DNA of 64,000 nt from Octopus vulgaris (GCA_951406725.2 OX597828.1:5580001-5644000), one strand, 5' to 3'; shown: positions 25,380 through 39,366, counted from the first letter of the stretch. The notes: a model not told the origin generated them from the letters alone. Numbers and translations: made by a program.

Positions 25380-26950
25380 GAACGTAGAAAGCATGCCTGT
25401 CTCCATGGACGGTCGAATTTACTTAGAAAGTGTCTTCTCAAGCACAATAAAACACCAGAACGTTCCTTTCCATCCTCCTTGTGAGGCCCAATTTTGGAAT
25501 AACCTTTTGCACATCAACCTACGTATCCTTAATCTACCCCTTTACAAGTTCCCTCAATAATTCGAGATCGGCATATCTTGATGCATGTGTCCTCATTCAT
25601 ACGAATCACATGACCATACTGGCACAGTCGCCTTTCTCGCACGCTACAACTAATCGTACATGACATTCCCCATCCAACAAAACATGCTGGCTTCATTTCT
25701 TTAAAGTCTTCGCGTGTCTCACTGCCATATAGCATAGCTTTTCGTACAAAGGCATCATGCATTTTGCCTCTCACTCCCAGGGAGAGGCACTTACTAACAA
25801 AAGTAACAGCTCTCTGATCTATACCTATACTGTTCTTATTCTAGCAGCTACTCTTTGAAATCTACCTCCTTCGCTGCTAACTTTGTCATCACAGTAACAG
25901 CAATTGTCTATTACCTTTGTAATTATTTCTGCCGAATGCGTCACCATTATTTTTGCAGCAGTTAACTCTATAGTTGCTATACACCACTCATTGGGTACGA
26001 CAACCCAGTTTAGACGTGATTAATTATACAGGTGACTAGGCTGTGCCTCCACACACTGCCAGATATTTCATGCATCACAGCGGTTATTCCTGATGGGACG
26101 GGGATTTGTCATGTCTTCACATCCTTAATTGCATTTTCTGCTAAGCAAATGTCAATTCGGATAACGTGGAACCTCCGTTGGATCCACGTTAGGCAGGCCC
26201 TCCTTCTACCATGCACTCTGTAATTCTTTTTATCAACCATTCTTAGCGGCACTTCTAAGCCTTCTTCTTTTCAGAACCACTAACAGTGAGTCATCATCCA
26301 TGAGAACGCGTGTCTGTCTTATAAAATCACGGTTGTTGGTCCATACGCCACAGAATATTGCCAAACATCTTCCTTTCTGCTATTCTCATGGGTAAGTACA
26401 CCTGTCTTCCAGCTACCCTTCTAGCTTCCTGATATAGTTCTGTGCTACCATCGATCTTCCAGTCCTCCCAAGCATGTTTATTCGCTTTAATGGCATTGGA
26501 TACTACACTGTTCCCCCACCGCATCAATCTAGGTCTGGCTGGGACTTTGCACCAACCAGATATTTCGTCTCTGACACTCAGTAAGTTTTCTCGTAAGAGC
26601 TTCCAGTTGTACTCTGCGTTACATGTCCGTAATGCCTCCCCCTCATTAAATGTATCGATTAGGACGTCTCTAAGTATGTGATTATTCAGAGGATCCTGGA
26701 GCTTCTAAATTTTCACATTACCATTTTCCTGAACCATCGATTAATTCATATGGTAAATACCTTATACTTACAGGTAGAATTTAGCTTCACTATCACCGAT
26801 GGAGTTAGTACTTTAAATCCAAGCGAAACTATCTTGCTGGTATCATGTCCAACTCGCTGTGGGGCGGTTATCTCCCCTCTCAGTACATAAACAATGTGCT
26901 TTTTGTGGCCATAAGTGATTTGAATCTTGTTTCTAGCAACGTAGTTGCTA
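25090..26950 (-). mobile_element. decayed RTE-clade LINE fragments
   Basis: Minus-strand peptides RGKMHDAFVRKAMLYGSET, RERRLCQYGHVIRMNEDTCIK and RWGNSVVSNAIKANKHAWEDWK..YQEARR resemble RTE ORF2. (GAT)n-type tail near 25095. Confidence 0.7.
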
Positions 26951-27005
26951 CCCTGCACCATCAGTCTCTCTCTCTCTCTATTTCCCCCCTCTCTCTCTCC
27001 CTCCC

Positions 27006-27038
<33 letters not shown>

Positions 27039-27329
27039 ATCTATATACATACACACATAGACAGAGAAACAGGCGCATGCACACACACACACGCGCGCGC
27101 ATATGCATATGATGGCTGTCCCCTCATAACACGGGAACAGCACCAGTGACCGCTAAGAACATTCTCCACATTCTGATAAACACATGTGGCTCCGCTGTTA
27201 ACTAATATGCCCAGTTCTTGATGGAGAGACATGTCCTCTGACATTTACAGACCACCGTTCTCCCATTCACTACAATGGTGGAGCATTTTCAAACAATTCT
27301 TAAAGCCCTCCATGGAAAATGCGTGGTTT

Positions 27330-27410
27330 TAAAGAAAATATCCACTTCATCCCTTGAATGAAAGAACTTGCAGAAGAAGGTTGGCAAAATTTTTAAAGAA
27401 AAATCCACTC
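27330..27410 (+). mobile_element. short mariner transposase remnant
   Basis: TTGAATGAAAGAACTTGCAGAAGA (NERTCRR) matches the mariner at 29443-30418. Confidence 0.5.
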
Positions 27411-28098
27411 TATCCCTTATTCCCTTACTCCTTTCTTCCATTTGTGGCGATGACAAGCATTGCTTTTTCAACTAACGTCCCATATTACACATACCTCCAA
27501 CGAGGGCTTCACTGGGTCCTAAAAGCGTTATATTGGTTTCCCCTGGGTGTGATTTCCGCAAACAAATTTGCAATATAGCCTTTGTTTGGGGATGATTTGA
27601 TCATACATCTGGACAAGGTGTCTTGTCCAACGTAAGCGTCTCCATTTAATACCCCCGTGTCAAGAGTTCACAAGGACCATTCAAATTCATGATGTGTGCC
27701 ATCTCAGATGGAAGTTTTGAAGGACATTGGCATGATACCTATAAAGGGCTCATGTTTCATAGGAATTAACAAACGACGTAACCTCACTTTTTTTTTACTT
27801 TTCGTGTGATGACACGTAGCAGCCAGAATCGACACCCGACAACTTTGAAGAAATCAAAACTTTTCTGAAGCTTTTCATCATCTATGGAGCAACTCCTGAG
27901 TCTAAATTAGTTGGAATGTGCCTAAATATGATCAATGAGTAAAAAGATGATCTAAAAATGTGGCGGAGAATTTGCCGATATGAAAATATGTTGCTCATAT
28001 ATTTGAAATGTCTGAGCAACATATTTTCATATATAACATATATATAGAGTCTTTGTGAAAGTATTAGTATGAGTATCTATTTAAAATAACCAATATTA

Positions 28099-28293
28099 CT
28101 CTCTTTTATTTTTACTTGTTTTAGTCATTTGACTGTGGCCATGCTGGAGCACCGCCTTTAGTCGAGGAAATCGACCCCAGGACTTATTCTTTGTAATCCG
28201 AACCGCTAAGTTACGGGGATGTAAACACACCACCATCGGTTGTCAAGCGATGTTGGGGGACAAATACAGACACACACACATACATACATACAC

Positions 28294-28336
<43 letters not shown>

Positions 28337-28494
28337 CGACGAGCTTCTTTCAGTTTCCGTCTACCAAATCCACTCACAAGGCTTTGGTCAGCCCGAGGCT
28401 ATAGTAGAAGACACTTGCCCACGTTGCCACGCAGTGGGACTGAACCCGGAACCATGTGGTTCGTAAGCAAGCTACGTACTACACAGTCACTCCT
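28099..28494 (-). mobile_element. SINE family A
   Basis: Homologous end to end with 39750-40160, with one internal deletion; internal CA/TA repeat. Confidence 0.88.
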
Positions 28495-28799
28495 ACCTAG
28501 CAGTCAATTCAATCGTAACCGGTTATTTGCAAATCTTTGACGCGAAGTCACGATGCTGCGAATATATCTTTCCTATTAAACTACTTACAAACAGCAAATG
28601 TTTCAAATAAATGCCTAACGTTATGGATATATTTTTTGGCCTTCATTGTGTTTCTCCTAAGTCTTATGCATTGTGCTTTCTGTTAAATATATATTTACCT
28701 CTGTATATACGCGTGTGTACATACACACACGCAGTTAACTGCATACGCACATACATATGTACATACATAAGTGCAAATAAATAACAAATACCTGATGCA

Positions 28800-29370
28800 T
28801 AGAAGGGTAAACACCAAAAACACCTACGAAGACCTTTGGAGTTAGCAGCAAAGATAACATGTTATGTCTATGTAAAAGACCTAATGTTGTGGCCAGGACA
28901 CTGTATGAGACCCGTCAGAAGGATAATCCTGAGGCGAAAGAAAGAAGAGCCCAAAGTATGGTAAGGGCCATAGCTATTCATAATAAAAAAGAAGAATATT
29001 GGTGGAATGTCCTAGTGAAAACCTCAATAAAATGTAAACATAACAGAGTTGACATTGACCTGGGACAGAAGAAAGAAATTGTGTGCAGTAGCGGGAGTCA
29101 GCTGCTCAGTAGAAGTTAACACATGGCTAAAGATCAGCGGAAGAGAAAATACCTACGCTGCACTATGGAGAAATCGACCGTTATTCGCCGCAGATTACAA
29201 GTTCAGGTTTGCACCAGCAATTATTGGGTCACTGAGAAATCTAATATTTTCTAAGTACCAATCTTCAGAAATTAGACTTTCCAGAACCAGAAAAGAGAAA
29301 GCTGATTCTAAGACAGCAGATCCATGTAACTATGAAAATTTGTAAAATTTTATGCTTCACCATTTAAGTA
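28800..29370 (+). mobile_element. 3' fragment of a distinct RLE non-LTR retrotransposon
   Basis: RPNVVARTLYE..EYWWNVLVKTSIKCKHNRVDI / WDRRKKLCAVAGVSC..KISGRENTYAAL..YKFRFAPAIIGSL resembles a decayed RH..PD..E/D..K.Y RLE domain. Confidence 0.65.
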
Positions 29371-29442
29371 TATATATATATATATATATATATGTTATTA
29401 TCATTTTTAAAAATAATAACAGAATCAATGACACAGGCGATA

Positions 29443-30418
29443 GCAGGAATTTTTTCCCAACCAATCTCTTCGATCTTCTGTGATATTATCTTTGCAGCGT
29501 GGGGTCGCGCGTTGTCTTAATGAAACATCACTCCATATCGATCCTCTAAAGCGGGTCGTTTTCTTCAAAGTTTGGTTCAAACGATCTAATTGCTGACAGT
29601 ACACTTGAGCATTGACTGTTGCATTAGGTGGTAACAATTGAAAATGAATTACGCCTTTGCAATCCCACCAGATAAAGAGAAGAACCTTTTTTCCATGAAG
29701 TTCCTTTCTCGGTTGTGGTTGAGCTTTTTCCCCTTTTACCAAGTTCCTGTTTACGACGTTTAACACTTCGATAGAAGATCCATTTTTCGTCACCTGTCAC
29801 AGATCTATCCAAAAAGGGTGAAATGAGTTCGCGAGAATGGCGAGAACAGCAGATGTCAACTCGGGATTTGAGGTTTGTTTTCGGACAATTCATGAGGCAC
29901 ACATTTTACAAGTTTAGTAATATTTCCAAGTTGGTAAAGATGACGATGAACAGTCGTGTGGTTTGAACTAAGCTTTATTGCCAATTCTTCAACTGATATT
30001 GCAGGAACTTCTACAAGTAATGCCTCAAGGAGCTTATCATGAAACTCAACTGGACGTCCTGTTCGATCTTCATCTTCAAGGCTGAAATCTCGACTTCTGA
30101 ATTTTGAACACCATCTTCTGCAAGTTCTTTCATTCAAGCATGAGTGTATGTTTCGAGTCGCTTCGGTACAGAGTTTCCTTTATTGTACTCATAAAGCATT
30201 ATGTGCCTCAAATGCTTTTTGGATACTGACATCTTAGAAAGGGTTCTAATCAAAGAAATTTTATTTCTATTATTCTGTAAAATAATATCTAATTAGTTTA
30301 AATGTACACAAATGCATAAAGATAATTTTTAATTCCATTAGACATTCTAAAATACTTTGAATTTCATTCTATTTAAAAAAAAAGGTAAACTCGGACAGAA
30401 CTTATGGGATGACCTGAT
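29443..30418 (-). mobile_element. mariner transposon, 3'-truncated
   Basis: TIR-like end ATCAGGTCATCCCATAAGTTCTGTCCGA; ATG at 30232; motifs RTGRPVEF, CVPHELSE, VTGDEKWIFY, KKVLLFIWWDCKGVIHFQLL, DNARPH. Breaks off before YSPDL. Confidence 0.92.
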
Positions 30419-30574
30419 GCATTTTTTGTTCGGACTCTGTATATATATATATATATATATATTTGTGTGTTTGTGAGTGTATGTGTGTGTGTTTATGTGT
30501 ATGCGTCTGTGTGTGTGTGTGTGTGTGTGTGTACTGAGAATGCATATGTTTTTATACGCATATTTGTGCGTCTT

Positions 30575-30610
<36 letters not shown>

Positions 30611-30924
30611 GCTAACACACACATATGTGCGTATGTAATAATGTTTTATTCGGGTACACACAGTGTAGTAAGTCGTTTAAATTTATTTGTGCACATGCGT
30701 AGCATACTACGACTACTACCAAAATGAATTGTAATAGAAATAAAGGAAACGGAAGTTAAAAATCGAGCTACTTTTTGATAAGTCAAATGCAAGGCACGTC
30801 TTTTGTATAGCATCTGACTCGCGAAGAACCGGTGCAAGATTGGTCGAAACGAATTCCATATTTTCGTCTCATTTTCTCATATACTTTAGTATATTTGCAT
30901 ACCTTTTCTCTTTTGTTTTATACT

Positions 30925-31100
30925 TTTGACAGTAACCGAGATTGCGGCCGTGCTGGGGCATCACGTTGACGGGTTCAGCCGAACATATCGAAGCAAATGC
31001 GTATTTTAATCTAGTCAGGTACTTATTCTAACACTTTATTCTGGCGAACCGCTGTATCACGGTGTAGTAAAGAAATCAAAATCGATTTGCAAGCGGTTTT
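30925..31100 (-). mobile_element. decayed family A-related SINE 3' half
   Basis: TGCGGCCGTGCTGGGGCA..GTACTTATTCTA..GCGAACCGCT match the family A tail. Confidence 0.5.
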
Positions 31101-33614
31101 CATATATGGGAACATAGAAGAACATACATACATACATACACACGCACACACACATATATACATACATACGTAGCAGTAAAATTGCATTACTCTCTCTCTC
31201 TCTTGTCTCTCTGTCTCTCTCTTCTTTCTCTCTCTCTCTCTCTCTCTCTCTCACTGCATGTATGTATTCCTACATAGATAAGTTGATGGATATATATTAC
31301 TTGATGTGAAAATTTAGTGATTTAAATGAATGTTTTAAAGAAAAGCACGTTGAGAGAGGTGGGGGCATATATATAATACGCAAATGTACATTGATACATG
31401 GTTCCATATATCACATATACAAATATTGAGCGAAGGCATGTATCAAAAGTTTTAGATTCAAAAGAATTAGAGCCCAAAAAGTATCAAAGGAGAAATACGA
31501 CACACACATACGCCCACACACACAAATATATGTATGAATTTATATACGTATGTGTGTGTATGTACGTGTGTATGTGTGTGTATGCGTGCACACCACACAT
31601 ATATGTCTCTGTATATCTAAACAAATATGTACACGCACAAACATAAATGATCAGTTTTAAACATTGACGCATGAGTGGTTTGTTGTGCAAAACAGCGAAT
31701 ATTGAATAAGATAACAGAAATTGTATATGTTAAATTACAGTATAAAAAATAACCGGCAATCTTTACATAGACGCAAATATCGCGTTAAGATTTTCAGGAG
31801 CTTCATATCAAATAATGAATACATTAAACAGATGGAATTTTGCCTGAGTATACATCAAATATCTGTTATTGAAAAAAAAAAGGAAAGGAAAAAAGAAAAC
31901 CTGATTCGATATTGGTGATGATATCGTGGAAAACATATCATAATTCTGAGGAATCATTGCACGCATCTGATTCCTTTGAAGATATATTACGGGAAAGCTA
32001 AAGTTACCTAATAAACCAAAATGAACATTAGGTCGGTTCACATTATCTTTACATAACTGGCATTCACCGGGATAAACATGTACAAGGAAATAAATCTACT
32101 TAGCAGGACGTAAATTACAAAATGTATTCCTATCTTTCCCTATGCTAAAGTCATTTCCTTTCAAATTCCTTTACTTTAGTGGGGAACCTGCCTTTGATGA
32201 TGCATATCTAGGTATGAAAGATGCTCTTTATTAGATTTTAGGAAAAGTGATGAGCTGTTTGCTAAGATCTATAGATTGAATGCATTCCGTAAATCGTCCT
32301 AATATCACAAAATATGATTTGTTCAATATCGTATCAGTTATGCTGTTAAGAGTTTGTACATATATTTTCTAACCTGCTTTCTCTGAAAGTAAATCGTCTG
32401 GATCATTAACGATTTAAACCACAGGTAGTAAATTTTATGAAAGCAACATTGAATATTATGAAATGTAAGCTCATCAGGGATGCATGAGTTTTATCGATCA
32501 ATAAATTATATATCATTCGGAGAATAAATATTCTGTAAGATTACGTAAGACACCTAGCCAGCTAATATCAAAGCATATACTTTGAAATTTAATTAATGCT
32601 TTGAGATTTTATAACCTTAATATTGATTTTTTTGCCAAGAGGTCCACTCGTTTATAGGAGATAAAATAGGAATATGAGATGTTCATGGTCGTCTCAGAAA
32701 GATCAGCAGGCTAAATGAAGTGTATTGATTTCAAATTTGAATAGAAAACAACCCGCTGACTCAGCTTAGCCATATCATTCTCAACATTTCACACAATTTC
32801 TTAGTCATTCATCTTTTATTATAAATAACATAGATTCCTTTCAATGTCAGATATAGATTACAAACAAATGAGAAATGTAATTTGATTTCAGTAATCAGAA
32901 ACTATTTAATGCACTACGCTTTATTGAAATATTATTTCTATACTGTTCCTATTAATTTAAATAAAATACAACTTTTTACATAAATGATTACCTGATCGTA
33001 TATGAAAAAACTTAATAAGAAAATAAAGCTAAATTAAATAGTCAAGAACACAAAATATGGTGGCAAACAAAAAAATTTAAATAGAACATCCTGAATATTT
33101 TTTTCTACATTTTTTACGTAAATGTTCATAGAAAATAGATCCTTTGTAAATTGCCGATACGCAGTACGTGCATACCAGCCAAATTGACTAGAGTCAAGTG
33201 CTTCTAAACTACGATTAGAATATAATTTATTCCGAATATGGAAATATATATATATATCTCCATGTAAAATTTGCAATTGGATGTTAACTAAGTATTTCCC
33301 ATTTCCTATTCTGAAATATTTTACAGATATAGAATAGGTATATTTTACACCGAAGTTGTATTTTTAAATGGATTTGAATATTATTGTCTTTTTTTTAAAA
33401 TTTTGATACAAAAACAGATATCTGCAGGGCTAGAGATGGGCAATAAATAGTATAATATTTAAGATACAATATGGAAGATTAGTCCAGTTATTGTCTTTCG
33501 GAAAAATTAAATTTTTTCAGAAGAAAACTGTTTTATGTAATCTCTACTATTACTGAATGTTTTGATATTTCGCTATCCGAATAATCGACAATATATTGGG
33601 GTAAATTCTAAACT

Positions 33615-33945
33615 GTGGAGGCGCAATGCCCCACGGGTTAGGGCAGCGGACTTGCGGTCGGAGGATCGCGGTTTCGATTCCCAGACCGGGCGTTCTGTGT
33701 GTTTATTGAGCGCAAACTCTTTAGCTCCACGAGGCTCCAGCAAGGGGTGGTGGCGGCCCCTGTTCTATTCTTTCGCCCCAACTTTCTCTCACGTTTTCTT
33801 CCTGTTTCTTGAGTAACACTGCGATGGACTGGCGTCCAGTCCAGCTGCGGGCAACACATACGCCATAGAAACCGGGAAACCGGATCCATGAGCCTGGCAT
33901 AAATAAAATAAACTAAAATGGGTTTGGCATAAATAAAATTTTAAA
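33615..33945 (+). mobile_element. tRNA-derived SINE family C
   Basis: tRNA-like head GGAGGCGCAATG..GGTTAGGGCAGCGGACTTGCGGTC..GGTTTCGATTCCC; CTGCGATGGACTGGCGTCC body motif; A-rich tail; 12-bp TSD AAATTCTAAACT at 33603-33614 and 33946-33957. Confidence 0.85.
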
Positions 33946-34976
33946 AAATTCTAAACTATATTTAATGCAATCCTTCTAAACTTTGAATTCAAATGTCGTT
34001 GTAGACTGCTTTAATTTTCATTTCTTCAATGTAGATAAGTACATGGGATATAGTTATCGATTATGAAGCGGCCTGGAGTGATTTAAACGACCAAAGTCAT
34101 TCTCTACAGACTGCTTATATGTTTTTTACAAAAATCTGCATTCTGAAAAGGAGATACTGAGTCAGCACTACTTTACTTGCATTACCAAGAACATTGTATC
34201 CAATAAATCTAGTTATTGTCTTGAAAAAAGGAAACAAAATGGCATTATGTTATCTGCTGTCTGCTATAATATCTTACGTTGTGTCTTTTTTACCATTAAA
34301 TCAATAATCGGAAGTCGATATTAAGTCGCTATCAAGTAGCGAAAAACCAACTATTGTAAGACCACAATACAGACATAATTATCATTTACAACTCTTTCCT
34401 TTCAGAATCACTTGTAAAGGAAATTGATATAAACCCTCTTTCATTGATCATCGGTGTTAAATCCTTTCTAGACTGACCAATACGAAAACAATATGAAAAT
34501 AATATAAAACCCTTGTCATCAAGACATTTAGAAATACTTCAAATCTAAAGCTTTTCTGACGCTACTTGAGATGGAAACACAACTTGTGTGATATCCTAGA
34601 CAATTGGAATAATGTTCCTTGTAACAATGAATCTGCTCTAGGTAGTGTTTAAAAAAACAGTCTGCGATTGCTGTGTGCAATCAACCCTAAGACAGACAGC
34701 ATCAGCTATATAATACTTGTGCAGTTCTTTCTCTCTCTTCCCTTCTCCCTTCTATATGTCAGTCTGTTTGCCTCTGTCTGTCTCTGTCTGCCCCCCTCTC
34801 TCTCTCTCTGTCATTCTGTCACGTAATGCTTACTACGAACGTTCCTGCTCCTCCAGCTAAGCAACAACGAAACTGCGTATCTGCTAAATCTTCAAAGCAT
34901 AGCTTATCCCATTTTAAACGAGTTAGATGGATAAATAGAGAGATATGTATGTATACATGTATGTATACATACATAC

Positions 34977-35009
<33 letters not shown>

Positions 35010-35269
35010 TGTATGTATGTATATAAACATATATATATAACTGTAATATCCGAATAATTGTCACATATATTAGATGAAAATTAGATGAAAAATACACATT
35101 TCGTTACAAGATTAAAGAATATATTAGAATCGTCGTATAATATTGTGTAATACTTTTGCTATAACGATTCTAATATATTTTTTTGTCTTGTAAAACAAAT
35201 CAGCGTTTTTCCATCGAATTCCTTTCCTTATATATTCAACCTCATTCAATCATCCACCCTACGTCCTAT

Positions 35270-35303
<34 letters not shown>

Positions 35304-35306
<3 letters not shown>

Positions 35307-35838
35307 GGTGTCCCAAAAAATGTATACACTTGCTGCAACAGTCTGTCATGCTAGGCATTAGAGAGGACTTTGAACAGGAAGAGTTTTATTTCCAGCAAGA
35401 TGGGGCACCTCCACACTATCATCGCGATGTTGGATCCTTTCTTCATGGGATCTTGCCAAACAGGTGGATTGGACGGAGAGGTTTTGTCGAATACCCTCCA
35501 CGTTCACCAGACCTCACACCTCTAAACTTCTTTTTATGGGGATACCTAAAGGCCAAAGTCTACGCACAGAAACCTGCAACAGTCGTTCAATTGAGGGCAA
35601 CCATTGAACATGAATGTACGAATATCCTAAGGGAATTGTTCCATGATGTGTGCCATTCCATCGCTTCGCGTTGTCAGCAGTGTCTGGAGCAGAAAGGACA
35701 TCAGTTTGAGAACATGCGATAACAAGACAATAGAATGATATTTGTAAATTCTTTTACATGTTGAAAATTATTCGAATTATAATAAACCTCAAATTTACAA
35801 TTATTTAAGTTGTGTATACATTTTTTTGGTACACCCTG
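35304..35838 (+). mobile_element. internally deleted DD41D (rosa/Visitor-type) Tc1/mariner element
   Basis: TIRs CAGGGTGTCCCAAAAAATGTATACAC / GTGTATACATTTTTTTGGTACACCCTG with TA flanks. Peptide FQQDGAPPH..RWIGRRG..PPRSPDLTPLNFFLWGYLK has 41 residues between the second D and the third position, which is N here. Confidence 0.9.
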
Positions 35839-36984
35839 TATATATATATGGTGTACTGTTCTGTGTCGGTAAGATCAACAAAAGAATTACTCCGTCTAGT
35901 GAGTGATAAATTTTATTTAATAAACACAATACATGTTGTCTATGTGGTACGATGTGTTTTTTTGTGGGCAATGTCTGCAGACGTGTTATTAAAACAATGT
36001 TTAGCATGCTCTCGACACATGAAACGCTTAGTAGCACATAAAAACCTATTGTGAATATCACAAATGTGAATCGCCTAGAACCATTCAGGTCTAAATATAT
36101 AGCAAAATTTATTACACTTACGGAAATAAGTTAAGTTTAAACGAAATACAAATAAATTGGTATTTGAACAGTATCGCTATTCCAATCTTCCGATGCATAT
36201 ATCTGGGTCTCAGAGTGTTTCAACTATTTCTGTACCTCTTATAAAAAATTTGCATAATACATTAAGAGTGTAAAATACTAAAGTCTCAAACACTGAATTT
36301 AGTTTATTCGAAATAGTATGAGAGAAGAGAATTCGCCCATAGAAAAAGGTAAATGAAACACTCTAAAATATTTATCAATGTACGCTATTTGTGAATGAGT
36401 CTTCAAATTCTGTGATTCCAGAAGCTGTTCAGAGCGGGCACGCACCATTTAATTTTGATAGCTTTTATACATTGAGTGATCTCTTAGAAAACTGCGTTAT
36501 CCATGCAATACTAAAATCCATTGGATAGACATAAATCTAGATATATGTCAATATTGTGAAAGTAAGCATTTATGTTCATGCATAGAGATCTACGCTGGGA
36601 TACTTGCGGTGCGTATGCATGTGTTTCAATATTGATATATACAGCTTGCGATGTATAGCGAAGTAAATGTCTTTTCTCTCTTAGAAAAAGTAACCTGCAT
36701 GAAAAAATATTGTATACAAAGATTTCCTCGTTCCACTAAATTATATTGTATATGCGCATAGTTGGAATGTAATTTCTATTAATCTTCAACTCATATCGCA
36801 AATTTGATGGTTGAAATATGTAACACAATGATAGTTTAACATCTCTAATTTGGTATTTAAAATAACGATGCAAATTTGGCAATGCATTGCCAATAAATAC
36901 TATAGCGGGCATTGTAGCATTGAGAACACTGGAAATCAGTATATTACACTCTTCAAGCAAATTAAATGGTTTTATTTCTTTCAG

Positions 36985-37064
36985 ATCCCCATTGGCAGAT
37001 AAAATACTAACACAAGAAATGAAGTCAGAAGAAATACAGCCTACATCGCCATATTTTCGCAACA
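36985..37064 (+). CDS. candidate 80-nt exon
   Basis: Acceptor TTTTATTTCTTTCAG, donor A|GTAAGA; single open frame SPLADKILTQEMKSEEIQPTSPYFRN. Confidence 0.3.
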
Positions 37065-37239
37065 GTAAGATTTTGGAACTCTGAGATTTAGAACTTGTCA
37101 CCATTCTAAATATTGTAGATTCTTTTGTATGTATACTTCGGATGGAAGCTTCCGACGGGAAAATTTCAAGTATAACATTGAGAAGACAAACGTTCTAAAC
37201 TTTGGGACAATTCATTCAACGGGTTCAAATCATCATCGA

Positions 37240-38000
37240 GGATTATCTCGGAAAACAAATGAGTCATCACCATAGAAATCAGGCACTGGAGTAACCATCA
37301 GAATTGCGGTGCCCGAGGGCATTCGACGTAATTCGTACGTATTGAAGTAAAAGCCTATTCCTGTCTATAGAAACCCAGGAAAACTATATGGTCTGTACCA
37401 TGAGGCTAATAAACAAGGTTAGAAACCCTTAACATCATGGAATGCCTTGGTCATACTATGATGAGAAAAAATGTGGCGAGGGCCAAAAGACTAACTGGAA
37501 ATGAAAAATAATTAAGTGCAGACCTCTGTGATATTACAAATTTAATTTTCCAGCAACTGTGATAGTTTGTAAAGGGGGGAGTAACGAAGACCGTGTCATA
37601 CGACAACATATCTTTCTGCAGCGTTGTAGAGGTAATGCTGACGGATACATTTAGATGCTGGATTTAGTTGTTAAGCCTTGGTTGGCTAAAGTAGACTCAT
37701 GTGTCATAACAAGCCTTGACGTTATACCAAAATTGAATTCCCGAAAATTTTTCGATCAAGTAACAAGAATTATGTGTCACAAGATTTAAATTCGATGTTA
37801 GTATCGTTACTGAAAAATCAATGACCTCGCACTTACATAGCTTCAGAAACGTCCCCGTTACACTGGTGATGTCCGCAAAGAATTAGAGCAAGGTGGTGCA
37901 GTCATGCCGTTGTTCTGCATGGAAGCTCAAGGCGAATTCGGAGAATAATCTTATTGGAAAGCTTGTTGAGGACATGCTCCCAAATTTTTATTGAAACACA
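37240..38000 (+). mobile_element. decayed DD37D (maT)-like transposase remnant
   Basis: 37547-37685 translates as FPATVIVCKGGSNEDRVIRQHIFLQRCRGNADGYI*MLDLVVKPWL, resembling the maT FPAxVMVxGxVSxEGxxMPPHFF..VNAxxYIxxLxxVVKPW block. Boundaries are approximate. Confidence 0.6.
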
Positions 38001-38675
38001 TTTGGATTTTGTTAGATTATAGTTGCTCCAATTAACTAATTAATGAATTAATTAATTACAGAATATGTCCTCAAGCACCGTTCTCCATGACGCCATGTAT
38101 CTGAAACATCAATATATTCAAGATATCGTTAAAGAAATCCTTTTTTTTTTAGTTTCAAATTCTTCAGACTTCATAGATTTCAAAAATTAAAAATTTTAAT
38201 ATTTCAGGTATACCCAACAGAGGATTATGCTTGAGTCGCCTCTCATTTTTCTATCTCAGTAAAGAAACACTTCTGTGTGTATAAAGCATTTCCTGCGGCA
38301 ATTAACTCATTTCAAATTACACGCACCATGCTATATAGAAACCTACTTTATTTATCTTATAATGAATCCGTCTTTATTAGAGTCTCATAAATTATTATGG
38401 AATAACGTTTTTCCTTGAGAATATTCACTTTCAAATAAATTTCCAAATGAAATTTAATACATCATCATTATTAGCAATAATATTTTTATCATTGTCATAT
38501 TCTACTTCCTTGGGAAATTAATACTCATCATCATTATTTTAATTATACGTAATTATCATTCATTATCACTATATATCTTCTTAACTGCTTCCGTCTATTA
38601 CTGTATTTACTATATAAACTGAGCTTGAGATACAATATTTATCATTATCTATTTTGTAGGTCTGTCTGTTTATCC

Positions 38676-38905
<230 letters not shown>

Positions 38906-39245
38906 ATGTATATACATACACATTCATACACGCATTCGAAATTATATATATATATATGGGATGCATGTGAATGTATGTGTGTAAGTTACTCAGAAACTGA
39001 GAGAGGATGCAGAAAAGAGAGAAGACGATAGATAGAATATTCTATCAATGATAATTACGTATTAAATTTTTATATGTTCAATAAATCAAGTAACATTAAA
39101 ACACCGTAACATTGAAGATAATATCAATTATACCTACTCTCTAATTAATTGGAATTTTGCTGTAATTGCATACATACATGTGTGTGAGTGTGTAGGTGTA
39201 AGACTGTCTAATGATCATACACATCATACACAAACACATCCGCAT

Positions 39246-39268
39246 ATGTATGTATGTATGTATGTATG

Positions 39269-39366
<98 letters not shown>

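Noticed and set aside
33615-33690. tRNA gene
   Set aside because: Acceptor stem and A box are imperfect, and the sequence continues into a SINE body with tail and TSD.
35183-35722. 179-aa ORF as a domesticated transposase gene
   Set aside because: Non-ATG start running through a TA tract and the TIR; TIRs intact; lacks the DNA-binding domain and first catalytic D.
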